A DNA stretch of 55,632 nt from a virus (taxonomy: Duplodnaviria > Caudoviricetes). The notes under the pieces are model-generated. The model was not told where the DNA came from and did no database searches. It saw nothing but the letters and a program-made list of their open reading frames with translations. The position numbers were made by a program, and so were the translations under genes. Of this stretch, positions 15,995 to 25,194 are shown piece by piece. The stretch spans positions 1-55,632 of the IMG/VR virus record IMGVR_UViG_3300045006_000223; one strand, 5' to 3'. Numbering within the stretch: position 1 is the first letter of the stretch; every line of letters starts with the position of its first letter.

Positions 15995-18058
15995 ATGCCA
16001 ATAATGAAATACCGCGAAATCAAGATCAGGATGGCCGGCATGGCGCTGGTCAAGCAGATCAACTCCATCATCGATGAGTATGACAAGGCCGGGTACTCGT
16101 TGACACTGCGCCAGGTGTACTACCAGCTTGTCGCTCGCGGCGTGATCCCCAACAACGAGCGGAGCTACAAGAACATTGGCGAGCTGATTTCTAACGCTCG
16201 CTTGGCTGGCCTCATCGACTGGTACGCCATCGAAGACCGCACCCGGTACATCCGCCGCCGTAGCGTCTGGGAAACCCCCGGCGACATCATCGCAGCATCG
16301 GCCAGCCAGTACCACATTGACCTGTGGGCAGACCAGCCGAGCTACGTGGAGGTCTGGTGCTTCCTGCCGGGAACGCCAGTAACTACGGACAAAGGCATCA
16401 TTCCTATTGAAAATGTTGGAATTGACGACAACGTGCTGACCTCAAACGGAACGTTCAGCGCTGTGTCTGCACCGAAGGCACACAGGCATGAGGGCATGGT
16501 CTACACCATCAAGGGCGCTGGCCTTGAGCCGGTCACTGTGACTGGAAATCATCGGTTCATGGTGTATGTGGCCGGCCCCGGTAAAGGTGCAAAAAGAAAA
16601 TACTCTGAGGAGCCTGTATGGGTGCGGGCCGATGAAATCGGGAAGTTTGACCTGCTGATCGTACCCCGCGCAGTCAGCTCCGCAATTGACACGGTAATAC
16701 CGGCGATGCCGGAAACATCGAGGTCAAAACGGCCGGCTACCATCGATGTAGGTATAGACTTCTACCGCGTTATCGGCTTATTCCTCGCAGAAGGTTGTGT
16801 GCGTGGCGATGGTAGAACTGCGCAATTCACTATAGGAGACAAGTCGAGCGAGCTTGTTGAACTGATAACCGCATGGGCGCAGCGCAGCGGTATCAGCACC
16901 AGCACTGCCGCCGGCAGAGGATGTACACAGGTTTACCTATACAACGCCTCACTTGCTCGATGGTTGGCAAAATGGTTCGGCAACGGTGCTTTTAATAAAT
17001 ACTTACCGACCTGGATAATCCAGGGAAGACGAGAACACATAGCTGAAGTAGTTAAATACTACATTCTTGGCGATGGGTGCCTTAATGATGAAACAAGAAA
17101 TGCTATAACTGTATCATCAAGAAGCCGTAATCTGTTGCGTGTTGTGCATAAAATACTACTCGACTTGGGCTACGCAGCAGCTATCTACTCGGTCGAAGAT
17201 CATGGCAAGCCAACCTACCGTGTGTCGGTATCTGGTAAAAGTGCCATAGAGCTTGCTTACGACTTTGGTTTTTCTTCTGCTGCTGTAGCTGATGCAGGCG
17301 TAGCTTTTAACCATATGCGGGTCGAGAAAGACCGCATTCTTGTGCCAGTCAGAGAGGTCGTACCGTCCATCTATAAAGGCATGGTCTACAACTTCGAGGT
17401 AGAAGAAACACATGACTACTGCGTACCATTTGTCACACACAACTGCGAGAAGGACGCTTTGATTGGTGTCGTAGAGCAGGTAGCACGACGGCACGACGTG
17501 CCCTGCTTTTCCTGCCGTGGCTACACCAGCCAGACCGAGATGTGGAACGCTGCCCAACGGCTGATCGACAAGTCGAACGGCTGCAGCCGGCCAGTCACCG
17601 TCATCCATCTGGGCGACCACGACCCGTCCGGCATCGACATGACCCGTGACATCGAGGAACGGCTTGTCGAGTTCAGCCACGGGGAGCTTGGCCTCACCAT
17701 CGACCGGATCGCCTTGAACATGGATCAGATCGAGGAGTACAGCCCGCCGCCCAATCCGGCCAAGATCACCGACAGCCGAGCCGACGCATACATCAAGATG
17801 TTCGGCGGTGCGTCTTGGGAGCTGGACGCCCTGAACCCGAAAATCCTTGACAGCCTGATCGACGGCAAGATCGCTCAGATCGTTGACCAAGACCTGATGG
17901 GTAAGGCCATTGAACGGGAGGCAGAAGAAAAAGCCACTCTTCGGCACGCGGAGGAGTTCGTGCGCAAGCCGCACCTTTGGCAGCGCGTACCGGTTGTCGT
18001 CAACGACTACTCCAAGCAGCTCGGTCTGTTCGATGACACCCAGCGGGGCAAGGTATGA
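15995..18058 (+). CDS. TopoVI-A/Spo11-like wHTH-TOPRIM protein interrupted by an intein
   Basis: TLRQVYYQL, VEVW|CEKDAL, GDHDPSG, WELDAL motifs once the intein is removed. Confidence 0.85.
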   Translation: MPIMKYREIKIRMAGMALVKQINSIIDEYDKAGYSLTLRQVYYQLVARGVIPNNERSYKNIGELISNARLAGLIDWYAIEDRTRYIRRRSVWETPGDIIAASASQYHIDLWADQPSYVEVWCFLPGTPVTTDKGIIPIENVGIDDNVLTSNGTFSAVSAPKAHRHEGMVYTIKGAGLEPVTVTGNHRFMVYVAGPGKGAKRKYSEEPVWVRADEIGKFDLLIVPRAVSSAIDTVIPAMPETSRSKRPATIDVGIDFYRVIGLFLAEGCVRGDGRTAQFTIGDKSSELVELITAWAQRSGISTSTAAGRGCTQVYLYNASLARWLAKWFGNGAFNKYLPTWIIQGRREHIAEVVKYYILGDGCLNDETRNAITVSSRSRNLLRVVHKILLDLGYAAAIYSVEDHGKPTYRVSVSGKSAIELAYDFGFSSAAVADAGVAFNHMRVEKDRILVPVREVVPSIYKGMVYNFEVEETHDYCVPFVTHNCEKDALIGVVEQVARRHDVPCFSCRGYTSQTEMWNAAQRLIDKSNGCSRPVTVIHLGDHDPSGIDMTRDIEERLVEFSHGELGLTIDRIALNMDQIEEYSPPPNPAKITDSRADAYIKMFGGASWELDALNPKILDSLIDGKIAQIVDQDLMGKAIEREAEEKATLRHAEEFVRKPHLWQRVPVVVNDYSKQLGLFDDTQRGKV
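16358..17443 (+). mobile_element. Intein (362 aa) with LAGLIDADG homing endonuclease
   Basis: Starts CFLPGT; block B TGNH; IGLFLAEG and YYILGDG helices; ends VYNFEV...THN followed by Cys; codon usage differs from the exteins. Confidence 0.95.
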
Positions 18059-18462
18059 TTGCCGTGGTCAGCGGCTTAGTTGACGGGCCTTTTATCGGGG
18101 AAACTCCATACAAGGCCGCAGTCATCAAACAGCTCTCTTTTCTGCAACATTCCTACGACTGGTTTTGCATTGAAACTGACCAGACAGAACCTGGCTTCCC
18201 GGATACCATCCGCGTATCGCAGGTAGCGCCGGTACTGTTCGTGGAGTTCAAGTGTTCTGATGCTGACGGCAGGATTGATTTCAAGAAGTCACAGCCGCTG
18301 TTCTATCGCAAGCATCTGCGTTACCAGATACTGATATTGGCATGGGACAAGCGGTTCAATAGAACCGTGCTGTACACCGCAGACGAAATCGTGTCTATGA
18401 AGACAAGATCAATCGTGCTACCGACAAAGTTCGAGCATTCGGTGGAGGCATCGTGCATATGA
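18055..18462 (+). CDS. VRR-NUC-like PD-(D/E)XK nuclease / resolvase
   Basis: PGFPD...FVEFK...Q; position before SNF2. Confidence 0.8.
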   Translation: MIAVVSGLVDGPFIGETPYKAAVIKQLSFLQHSYDWFCIETDQTEPGFPDTIRVSQVAPVLFVEFKCSDADGRIDFKKSQPLFYRKHLRYQILILAWDKRFNRTVLYTADEIVSMKTRSIVLPTKFEHSVEASCI

Positions 18463-18746
18463 GTAAGCGTTACCACGAGCTGTGGCCAGACCAGGCAGCA
18501 GCCAAGAAGGCTGTTCGTTATGCTGTGCGTCACGGCCGCATCACGAAGCCGGAATGGTGTCACTGTTGCGACACTGCGCATGATAGGCAACACATGGAAG
18601 CGCACCATTGGTCGTATAAGCCGGAGAACTGGCTGGATGTCATCTGGCTGTGCCGAAAATGCCACAAGGCCGTACACAAACAGCTTGGTAAGGACTGGCA
18701 GGAACCGTGCGAAAAACCGGTGTATATGAACAAGGATATGAAATGA
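18459..18746 (+). CDS. HNH endonuclease
   Basis: CxxC...EAHH...WLCRKCH..VH. Confidence 0.85.
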   Translation: MSKRYHELWPDQAAAKKAVRYAVRHGRITKPEWCHCCDTAHDRQHMEAHHWSYKPENWLDVIWLCRKCHKAVHKQLGKDWQEPCEKPVYMNKDMK

Positions 18747-20080
18747 AGTATCTGATAGTGCCGACACAACATTTTTCCGGGTCGCTGAAGGGCAAGAAGT
18801 TTGCGGAGTTCGATGATCTTCCTTCAACCGTGAAGTGGTTCATTTCCTTCTTCAAGAAGCGCGTATTTGCCGTGCTTGACGAGTCCAGCTGGATCAAGAG
18901 CACCCAGGCAATGGCCGAGGACAAGAAGAGTCAGCGCACCCGGCTGGTGAAGCTGTTGACAGGCTACACTGCGTCACGTGCCATCCTCACCGGTACGCTG
19001 AAGTCAAAGTCGCCGATGAACGTTATCGACCAATATCAGTTCTTGTCGAAGTCATTCTTCCAGGAAAGCATGTACGAGTTCGCCGAGAATTACTGCATCA
19101 TGATGAGCCTGCGAACTGCACGCGGCAGACGTGTCATAGTCAGTCAACAGGAGTACGCGAAAATTCGTAAGCGTATGGTGAACGCCTACAAGTTCGGTGG
19201 TGAGTTACAACTTGGCGCGGCCATGTGCCGCATAACCAACGAGTACGGCATAAACTACGAGAAGTTGGAGCACATTATGGCCCACCGCAAGTACTCGCCG
19301 TTCCTGCACCAGGCCGAGTTGATGCACAGGGTCGAGGACTGCACCATGACCGTCGAGCGTAAGGATGTGTTCGACATTAGCTACGACAAGTACATATACG
19401 AACCAATCAAGCGTCCGGTGACAATATCAAAGAGTGCGAAGAAGATAGCCAACGAACTGATCGATCTTGGATTTACGGATCAACTCGTACTCGGCAAGGC
19501 CCCAGCGCTCGAACTTGTGATACGGCTACAGGACATCTGCAACGGATTCGAGCCTACAAAGGAAGACGAGGACAGTAAGGTAGTATACAGGCCGCTTGCC
19601 GACAACCCGAAACTCGATGAGCTTGAGGAGCTTCTTGATGAAATCGATACTGAGAACAACCAAGTTGTTGTTTGGTGTTCACGCACGAACGCGTTTGACT
19701 CCATCAGCGCCAGGCTTGATTCCATGGGAATTGCGCATGTTCGATATTCGGGATCAGAAAGCAAGGAACAGAAGAAGGAAGCAGAAGAAAAGTTCCAAAG
19801 CGGTGAAGCCCGAGTATTCCTGGCAAATCAAGCATCAGCTGCCTTTGGTCTGAACTGTTTGAAGAACTGTAGCTACGTGATCGAGTACTGCAACGACGCG
19901 TCTGTGGAGCGGCACCACCAGGCGCAGCACCGCGTACTGCGTGGCCAGAGCAAAACGCCGAAGTTTGCGTACCAGATTTACGTGAAGGGATCGGTCGAGG
20001 AGCGCGTCATCGGGGCGTTGAACGTTGGACAGGAACTTCTATCATCGACCAATCGCAAAAACCTGTTCGTATTCTCGTGA
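18743..20080 (+). CDS. SNF2-family helicase, large fragment (motifs Ib-VI, no Walker A)
   Basis: VLDESSWIK, LTGT, VVVWC, AAFGLN, QAQHRVLRG. Confidence 0.88.
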   Translation: MKYLIVPTQHFSGSLKGKKFAEFDDLPSTVKWFISFFKKRVFAVLDESSWIKSTQAMAEDKKSQRTRLVKLLTGYTASRAILTGTLKSKSPMNVIDQYQFLSKSFFQESMYEFAENYCIMMSLRTARGRRVIVSQQEYAKIRKRMVNAYKFGGELQLGAAMCRITNEYGINYEKLEHIMAHRKYSPFLHQAELMHRVEDCTMTVERKDVFDISYDKYIYEPIKRPVTISKSAKKIANELIDLGFTDQLVLGKAPALELVIRLQDICNGFEPTKEDEDSKVVYRPLADNPKLDELEELLDEIDTENNQVVVWCSRTNAFDSISARLDSMGIAHVRYSGSESKEQKKEAEEKFQSGEARVFLANQASAAFGLNCLKNCSYVIEYCNDASVERHHQAQHRVLRGQSKTPKFAYQIYVKGSVEERVIGALNVGQELLSSTNRKNLFVFS

Positions 20081-20087
20081 GGTATTT

Positions 20088-20381
20088 ATGAAGCATCTCC
20101 GCTCGTACCAGATGGAGGCGTTTAACCGCTTCAAGGACAAGGCTTTTTTCTGCGTCAATTTCGCCTGCGGCCTTGGCAAGACTCTTGTTGCCAGCGTAAT
20201 ATCCCGACACAAGCAGATGCCGACTATAATCATCGCACCGAACGCGCTCTGCGAGCAGTGGCGCGATGAACTGATCGAGCTTGGCGTCGATCCTACGGAC
20301 ATCTTCATCGCGTCGACGCCGGAGGAGAATCGCGACAAGGACGCCTACGCCGCAAAATTCGCGCAGTGGATCAAGGGGTGA
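20088..20381 (+). CDS. SNF2-family helicase, N-terminal fragment (Q motif, Walker A, Ia)
   Basis: LRSYQ, CGLGKT, IIIAPNAL..QW..E; GAGG SD. Confidence 0.88.
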   Translation: MKHLRSYQMEAFNRFKDKAFFCVNFACGLGKTLVASVISRHKQMPTIIIAPNALCEQWRDELIELGVDPTDIFIASTPEENRDKDAYAAKFAQWIKG

Positions 20382-20385
20382 GTCG

Positions 20386-21714
20386 ATGGCAGTAGAGGTA
20401 AAGCGCTACAAGAATACCGGTCTGGACTACATCCAAGGCAAAGAGCGCGTGCTCTTCCGGCGCGGTGGGGTCATCGCCCTGGTGTCCGACTTCATGGACT
20501 GGGACTCCCGCAACACAGTCATGGCGAACGTCCTCGGCCTGGCAAACCGGCCGGAGTGCTCGGGCTACGACTTTGACCACGCGGCCAACACCGGGCAACT
20601 CCGACGGAAGCCGCACAACGAGCCGACTACCGCAGCCGCCGTTGAACCCGATCCTGTGCCGATCATGGAGGAAGCGCCCCAGGACGAGCCCACCCCCGAG
20701 CCTGCCCAAGAAGCCGCGCCCGAACCGGAAGCCGCGCCCGAGCACTTTCCGCTCCTGGTGATCCCGCAGCCTGCCAAGCCGCAGGACGAGGCCCAGCCTG
20801 AGCCTGAAGTCGTGGGCGCTGCCCACGGACAGTCGAGGCCGAGGCAGCCGAAGCCGACCAAGCAGAAGAAAGACCACATTGCCCACCGGGTCCACAGCTC
20901 CCCGCTCCTGTTGCTCGGCGTCATCGTCATAGTTGGCCTTGGCTCGCTGGTCATGTCGGCCTACCACATCATCACCTACATGCACGACGGTGGGCGTGCA
21001 CAGGAAATCGCCATCACGACCGGCGTAGTCATGACACTTTTTTCTGCCATCGCCTTCACAGCGGCCAGGTACTTCTTCAACACAAGGAAGATTTCCGGTG
21101 CCTTCATCGGCGCGGCGTTCGTCGCCTTTGGCGTTATCGTCATCTTCTTCGCCATGTTCTCGACCATCAAGGTCAACTACGACCAGTTCAAGGCCGGCGA
21201 TGAGAAGAAGATCGAGGCCGCCGTCGCCAAGTCTTCCAAGGTGCAGGATGCAAGCGACCGCGCATCATTTGTGACCGGTGAACTGAAGCGGCTTGACAGC
21301 GCGATAGTCAGGGCGCAGAATGATGTTGACGGTTGGACGCGGAAGTGGAATGCTGAAAATGCCAAGGGTGATATGTCCGACGGCGATTTGAAGTGGCAGT
21401 ACTGGGCGAAAGTACAAGCGTCGACCAAGGCGTTGGCCGCACTGCAACAGGAGCGTGCACCGTATGCCGCCGAGAAGCTGAACAAGAGGAACGACGTGTC
21501 TACGGTCGAGGAGGCGGTGAAGCAAGAGGCTGTGGACGCCACCGTGTTTGGCATGTTCGCAAAGCTGTTCGGCATAGATGAAAGCACGTTGAAGTTCATC
21601 GTATATATCATACCTGCTGTGTTCTACGACCTGATGTGCCCGTTCGCCCTTACTGTGAGTTTCATGCTGCTTGAACGACGCGAGGACGAGATAGACCAGG
21701 AGGAGGCGGAATGA
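20386..21714 (+). CDS. Multi-TM membrane protein with Pro/Glu linker and coiled coil
   Basis: PE-rich tract, three TMs, coiled coil, C-terminal TM. Confidence 0.8.
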   Translation: MAVEVKRYKNTGLDYIQGKERVLFRRGGVIALVSDFMDWDSRNTVMANVLGLANRPECSGYDFDHAANTGQLRRKPHNEPTTAAAVEPDPVPIMEEAPQDEPTPEPAQEAAPEPEAAPEHFPLLVIPQPAKPQDEAQPEPEVVGAAHGQSRPRQPKPTKQKKDHIAHRVHSSPLLLLGVIVIVGLGSLVMSAYHIITYMHDGGRAQEIAITTGVVMTLFSAIAFTAARYFFNTRKISGAFIGAAFVAFGVIVIFFAMFSTIKVNYDQFKAGDEKKIEAAVAKSSKVQDASDRASFVTGELKRLDSAIVRAQNDVDGWTRKWNAENAKGDMSDGDLKWQYWAKVQASTKALAALQQERAPYAAEKLNKRNDVSTVEEAVKQEAVDATVFGMFAKLFGIDESTLKFIVYIIPAVFYDLMCPFALTVSFMLLERREDEIDQEEAE

Positions 21715-21920
21715 GATTGATGATGGCAATAGTGCTGCCAATGCTGCTCGTACTCACCATCGCCGGATTCCAGATGATCGCCGATCAGGGGGACAGGCTG
21801 CTACGCGAGCACGCGCACCCGAGCTTTGTACAGTGGGGTGACGGCGACGTGTGGGTGCTATCAGATATGGTGAAGAATGCAAAAGTCACTATATATAAAA
21901 AGGAGAATGTAGATGAGTAA
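21711..21920 (+). CDS. Small membrane-anchored protein
   Basis: ATGA coupling, N-terminal hydrophobic helix. Confidence 0.65.
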   Translation: MRLMMAIVLPMLLVLTIAGFQMIADQGDRLLREHAHPSFVQWGDGDVWVLSDMVKNAKVTIYKKENVDE

Positions 21921-22290
21921 AATCAGAGCAGTACTTGCGGTCGCGGTGATGTGGGCCGGATTCGGATTGCTGGCAGTCCTCGTGGTGTCAGCCATGGCAT
22001 TCCTGGCCACGCTCATCGTCATGATGAGCATCGTTACCGTATCGGTCGTGTTTGACCTGGCCCCGACGTTCTATAAAGAAATAGCGGCCATGACCGGTAT
22101 TGTCGCCTTGGCGTTTTCAGTCTTGGCCGCTATTTCAGTTGGCCGAAGCCAGGCACAGCGGATCAGATGGCAGCGAACGTCGCAACAAACTGAACCGTCT
22201 GACCAGCAATCGCCGGAGCCTCAACCGGCAGCTTCACGGTCAGTTCGGAAGAAAGCTTCACGCCACCGAGATACCAGCCAACAAAGTTGA
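21913..22290 (+). CDS. Membrane protein
   Basis: AAGGAG SD; hydrophobic N-terminal region; 3' end overlaps the convergent gene. Confidence 0.7.
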   Translation: MSKIRAVLAVAVMWAGFGLLAVLVVSAMAFLATLIVMMSIVTVSVVFDLAPTFYKEIAAMTGIVALAFSVLAAISVGRSQAQRIRWQRTSQQTEPSDQQSPEPQPAASRSVRKKASRHRDTSQQS

Positions 22291-22594
22291 AGCCGGCAGC
22301 GGGGATGGCCTGGAAGATCACTTCCTCGCCATCGTTGACGGTGAAGTCGTTCGGGGTGCCCGAACAACCGGCCAGAGCAGCAGGGCTGGGCGTCACGGCC
22401 ACCGTGAAGTGAACGGGCAGGGCAGGATCGGCGGACACGCTTTCCACGTTGGGGCGCACCCGAGTGATCTGGCCGATGGGGGTTGCCGGCGTTTCATAGG
22501 TCTTGCAGACCAGCGCCATGTCGGCCGCCACAACGGTCCTGACGGACTCGTCCACGAACAGGACGCGGTACTCGTTCTTCATGACTACAGACAT
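22163..22594 (-). CDS. Protein with InlB B-repeat-like domain (virion-associated?)
   Basis: GGAGG SD; AIPAAGFNFVGWY...ATF pattern. Confidence 0.65.
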   Translation of the reverse strand: MSVVMKNEYRVLFVDESVRTVVAADMALVCKTYETPATPIGQITRVRPNVESVSADPALPVHFTVAVTPSPAALAGCSGTPNDFTVNDGEEVIFQAIPAAGFNFVGWYLGGVKLSSELTVKLPVEAPAIAGQTVQFVATFAAI

Positions 22595-22606
22595 TGTAAT
22601 CCTCCA

Positions 22607-23137
22607 TTACACAGGTATTATTTTCAACTTGCGCAGTAACTGCACAATCTTGAACACCATGAAAACTATGATAGCACCTACTGCGGCAATTGCCAACATC
22701 CGCCAGAATGAAGCAGCTTTTTCCGCCTCAAGGACTTTTTCCCGCTGCCTTACCACCTCGGATGATAGCGAGCTGATCTGGGCTGACTTCTCTGCCTCGT
22801 ACATGTTGAAGTACGCCCTCAATTCCTGAGTCGTCGCCCGTTCCGCTGCCAAGGCTTTGTTCAAGTTGGTCGACTCTGCTTGCAGCGCTGTCGACTTGGC
22901 CTTTGACGTTTCCAGCTGTTTCACCAGCGTCTGAGATGTCGCCTGCAAGTTCTGTAGCTCCACTTTCAACACGCTGACCTGAGATAGCCACGTCTGTTTG
23001 CTGGTTTCCCAGCTTTGCTTCTCCTTCTCGATAGTCTGTAGCTCGCTTTCCGTTATCAGGAAGTACCGTTGGTCCTGTGCTTGCACAAGACCACAGCAGA
23101 GCAACAACGAGAGCAGAAAAAAAGGTTTCACGCACAT
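22607..23137 (-). CDS. Spanin-like coiled-coil protein (N-terminal signal/TM and C-terminal TM)
   Basis: AGGAG SD, ATG 23137; long heptad region; lysis-cassette position; hosts a nested lipoprotein ORF. Confidence 0.7.
   Translation of the reverse strand: MCVKPFFLLSLLLCCGLVQAQDQRYFLITESELQTIEKEKQSWETSKQTWLSQVSVLKVELQNLQATSQTLVKQLETSKAKSTALQAESTNLNKALAAERATTQELRAYFNMYEAEKSAQISSLSSEVVRQREKVLEAEKAASFWRMLAIAAVGAIIVFMVFKIVQLLRKLKIIPV
22728..23135 (-). CDS. Nested lipoprotein, o-spanin-like
   Basis: MRETFFSALVVALLWS-C lipoprotein signal; fully embedded in another frame of 22607-23137. Confidence 0.7.
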   Translation of the reverse strand: MRETFFSALVVALLWSCASTGPTVLPDNGKRATDYREGEAKLGNQQTDVAISGQRVESGATELAGDISDAGETAGNVKGQVDSAASRVDQLEQSLGSGTGDDSGIEGVLQHVRGREVSPDQLAIIRGGKAAGKSP

Positions 23138-23139
23138 CA

Positions 23140-23391
23140 CTACTCCTGAAGCACGATTGTCCAGTCGACGGCGAGGATGTCTTCCTGACTGGCCAGCCAT
23201 GGTATCAGCTGGCCACTGGCGTTTTTCATGACCATGAACGGCGCGGTGCGCAGATTCCCGACGCCCTCAATGCTCAGGGTCCATCCGGTGGCCGGCACGT
23301 ACTGTAGCCACATGCCCTTGCCGTTCCAGCCGAAACGTGCAACCCGCCGGCCGTCCATGGCGTGCATTACCGCCTGTCCGAAGTTCATCAT
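23140..23391 (-). CDS. DUF2829 / Tad2-like putative anti-defence sponge protein
   Basis: MNFGQA...GRRVARFGWNGKGMWL...PWLASQEDILAVDW. Confidence 0.85.
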   Translation of the reverse strand: MMNFGQAVMHAMDGRRVARFGWNGKGMWLQYVPATGWTLSIEGVGNLRTAPFMVMKNASGQLIPWLASQEDILAVDWTIVLQE

Positions 23392-23392
23392 A

Positions 23393-23764
23393 TTACTCCT
23401 TAACCTGCGGTGCTGATTTCCGCTTGATCCAGTCGCCCAAGTATTTGATGGGCCGCAGGGTGAAGTAATAGGCAAACGTCACCCAGCCGCAGTAGACAAT
23501 CGCCGACTCGGTGGCCTTGGCAAACAGCTGCAGCGTGCCGGAATACTTCGGGCTGTCCGATATGAAGCTGACCACGCCGGCCAGTGTGCCGATAAGCAAC
23601 GGGATGAGCCACACACCTTTCTTATTGCTGCCGGTACGCTTGATGTTCTTGGTGATGCCTTCAACTACACCGACGCCGGACAGAATGAGCACCCACTTCA
23701 GCGATGCTATCTGCGTCATGATGGTGTTGGCCTGCGCTACTGCGCTATTGTACAAATCGTCCAT
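23393..23764 (-). CDS. Putative holin
   Basis: Three hydrophobic segments, basic C-terminus, upstream of the spanin-like pair. Confidence 0.65.
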   Translation of the reverse strand: MDDLYNSAVAQANTIMTQIASLKWVLILSGVGVVEGITKNIKRTGSNKKGVWLIPLLIGTLAGVVSFISDSPKYSGTLQLFAKATESAIVYCGWVTFAYYFTLRPIKYLGDWIKRKSAPQVKE

Positions 23765-23773
23765 TATTGTCTC

Positions 23774-24172
23774 CTATGCTGAGTTCGTGAGTTTTACCGC
23801 GTACTGGAAGTACTGCTTGCCTGACGGTGACACCACCGTATCGTAGGTAACGGTAACGCCAGGCCCCTCCTGCTGTATCTCGCCCTGAATCTGTAGCTGC
23901 ACAACCGGGATACTGACCTCCCCAAGCACAGCCTCTGCCCACTGGACACCGGAGTAGATGTCGAGCGGGTCAGCCCCGCGTTGTTTGACTGTTCCGAACA
24001 TTGCACGGTCCAGCAGTTCCTCGCGGTCGTCATCAAGCATTTCCACGTCCATGATCAGGTTCGGGTCGGTGGGGCTGTAGACCGGGTACAGGTCGAATAC
24101 GTTGCTGGTAAGAACTTCGACCGCGCCGCTTGGTTGCAGCCTGGTTTCTTTTCTGCTCACCCTCAAATCCAC
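23774..24172 (-). CDS. Hypothetical structural protein (possibly baseplate wedge/gp25-like)
   Basis: AGGAGG SD, GTG start; size and late-operon position. Confidence 0.55.
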   Translation of the reverse strand: MDLRVSRKETRLQPSGAVEVLTSNVFDLYPVYSPTDPNLIMDVEMLDDDREELLDRAMFGTVKQRGADPLDIYSGVQWAEAVLGEVSIPVVQLQIQGEIQQEGPGVTVTYDTVVSPSGKQYFQYAVKLTNSA

Positions 24173-24261
24173 TTGCGAACCCTCCTTGCGAACGACTCAA
24201 GAAGCTCGCGCACCGAGATGGCCACCACGTGCATTTTACCGAACGGCTTGAATATACTCAT
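24163..24261 (-). CDS. 32-aa basic peptide (MSIFKPFGKMHVVAISVRELLESFARRVRKWI)
   Basis: TGATG coupling upstream; overlaps the start of the next gene; fills the gap. Confidence 0.5.
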   Translation of the reverse strand: MSIFKPFGKMHVVAISVRELLESFARRVRKWI

Positions 24262-25184
24262 CAGAAATCCTTCATCGGTATCTCGCCGTGATCCTCGATG
24301 TGGTCTACAGCACTGACAACCTGCTCCTGGGTGCGTAGCTTAATGGCTTTTCGCTCGTCTGACAAGTCGCGGTACTTGTCCATCAGCCACATAAACCCGT
24401 CGATACCCCTGTCGTCATTGTGCTCAAGGCCCTTCATGAAGTCCTCGAAGGTATAATCCGGGTGTCGCCAATCCTTGGCAAGCAACGTGAACACCTGGCG
24501 TTTCACGTAGTCGTAGTTCGCCAACATGGTTTTGCGGTAGACATCCGCAGACATTTCGCGCATATGATTACGGTCGAAAATACCGAGCAGCAGTCTTGGC
24601 AACACGACCTGCACTTTGCCGTCGCAGATGGTGTTGAAGTGCCAGTCGCCGCCCATGGGAATAGGGTGCCCGGTCTTGACCTGGTAGATGCGGTGATTCA
24701 TTTCCGTGATCTGCGCGATGAAGTCGGCGACGTGCTGGCGGGTATACTCGCGTGCGTCTTCTTTCACGCGGTCAAGCTCGGCCTGTTCGTTCTCCATGAG
24801 GTCATGCACGTAGACAAACGCTTCCTTCATCATACGCTTCAACATATCACGCAACTCGGCTTTTTCAGCCTCGTGCTTGACTTTCTCAGCTGCGAGCCGA
24901 GCTTCGATCTCATCCTCGCACACCGCTGGTGCCGCTGTAGGCGCTGCACCAGAGAACTCTACCTCGACTGGACCGGCACGCACACGTCGCCAAGGCAGCT
25001 TGATACCGGCAACACGCATGAGGAACGCCCCAAGGACGAGGATGATGAACATAGCCGCCACCCAGATGCCGACAGCGGCAATGGGATGTGCGTCAAGGTA
25101 CTGGATGATACTCATGTCAGGCTGCTGTTTCTGCGCAAGGAACAGTGGTGATGTCAGTGCTGTCGTGAGCGCCGGCTGGGCCAT
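24261..25184 (-). CDS. Membrane-anchored hypothetical protein
   Basis: GAGGAG SD; N-terminal TM and helical body. Confidence 0.8.
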   Translation of the reverse strand: MAQPALTTALTSPLFLAQKQQPDMSIIQYLDAHPIAAVGIWVAAMFIILVLGAFLMRVAGIKLPWRRVRAGPVEVEFSGAAPTAAPAVCEDEIEARLAAEKVKHEAEKAELRDMLKRMMKEAFVYVHDLMENEQAELDRVKEDAREYTRQHVADFIAQITEMNHRIYQVKTGHPIPMGGDWHFNTICDGKVQVVLPRLLLGIFDRNHMREMSADVYRKTMLANYDYVKRQVFTLLAKDWRHPDYTFEDFMKGLEHNDDRGIDGFMWLMDKYRDLSDERKAIKLRTQEQVVSAVDHIEDHGEIPMKDF

Positions 25185-25194
25185 GAAAGTCTCC

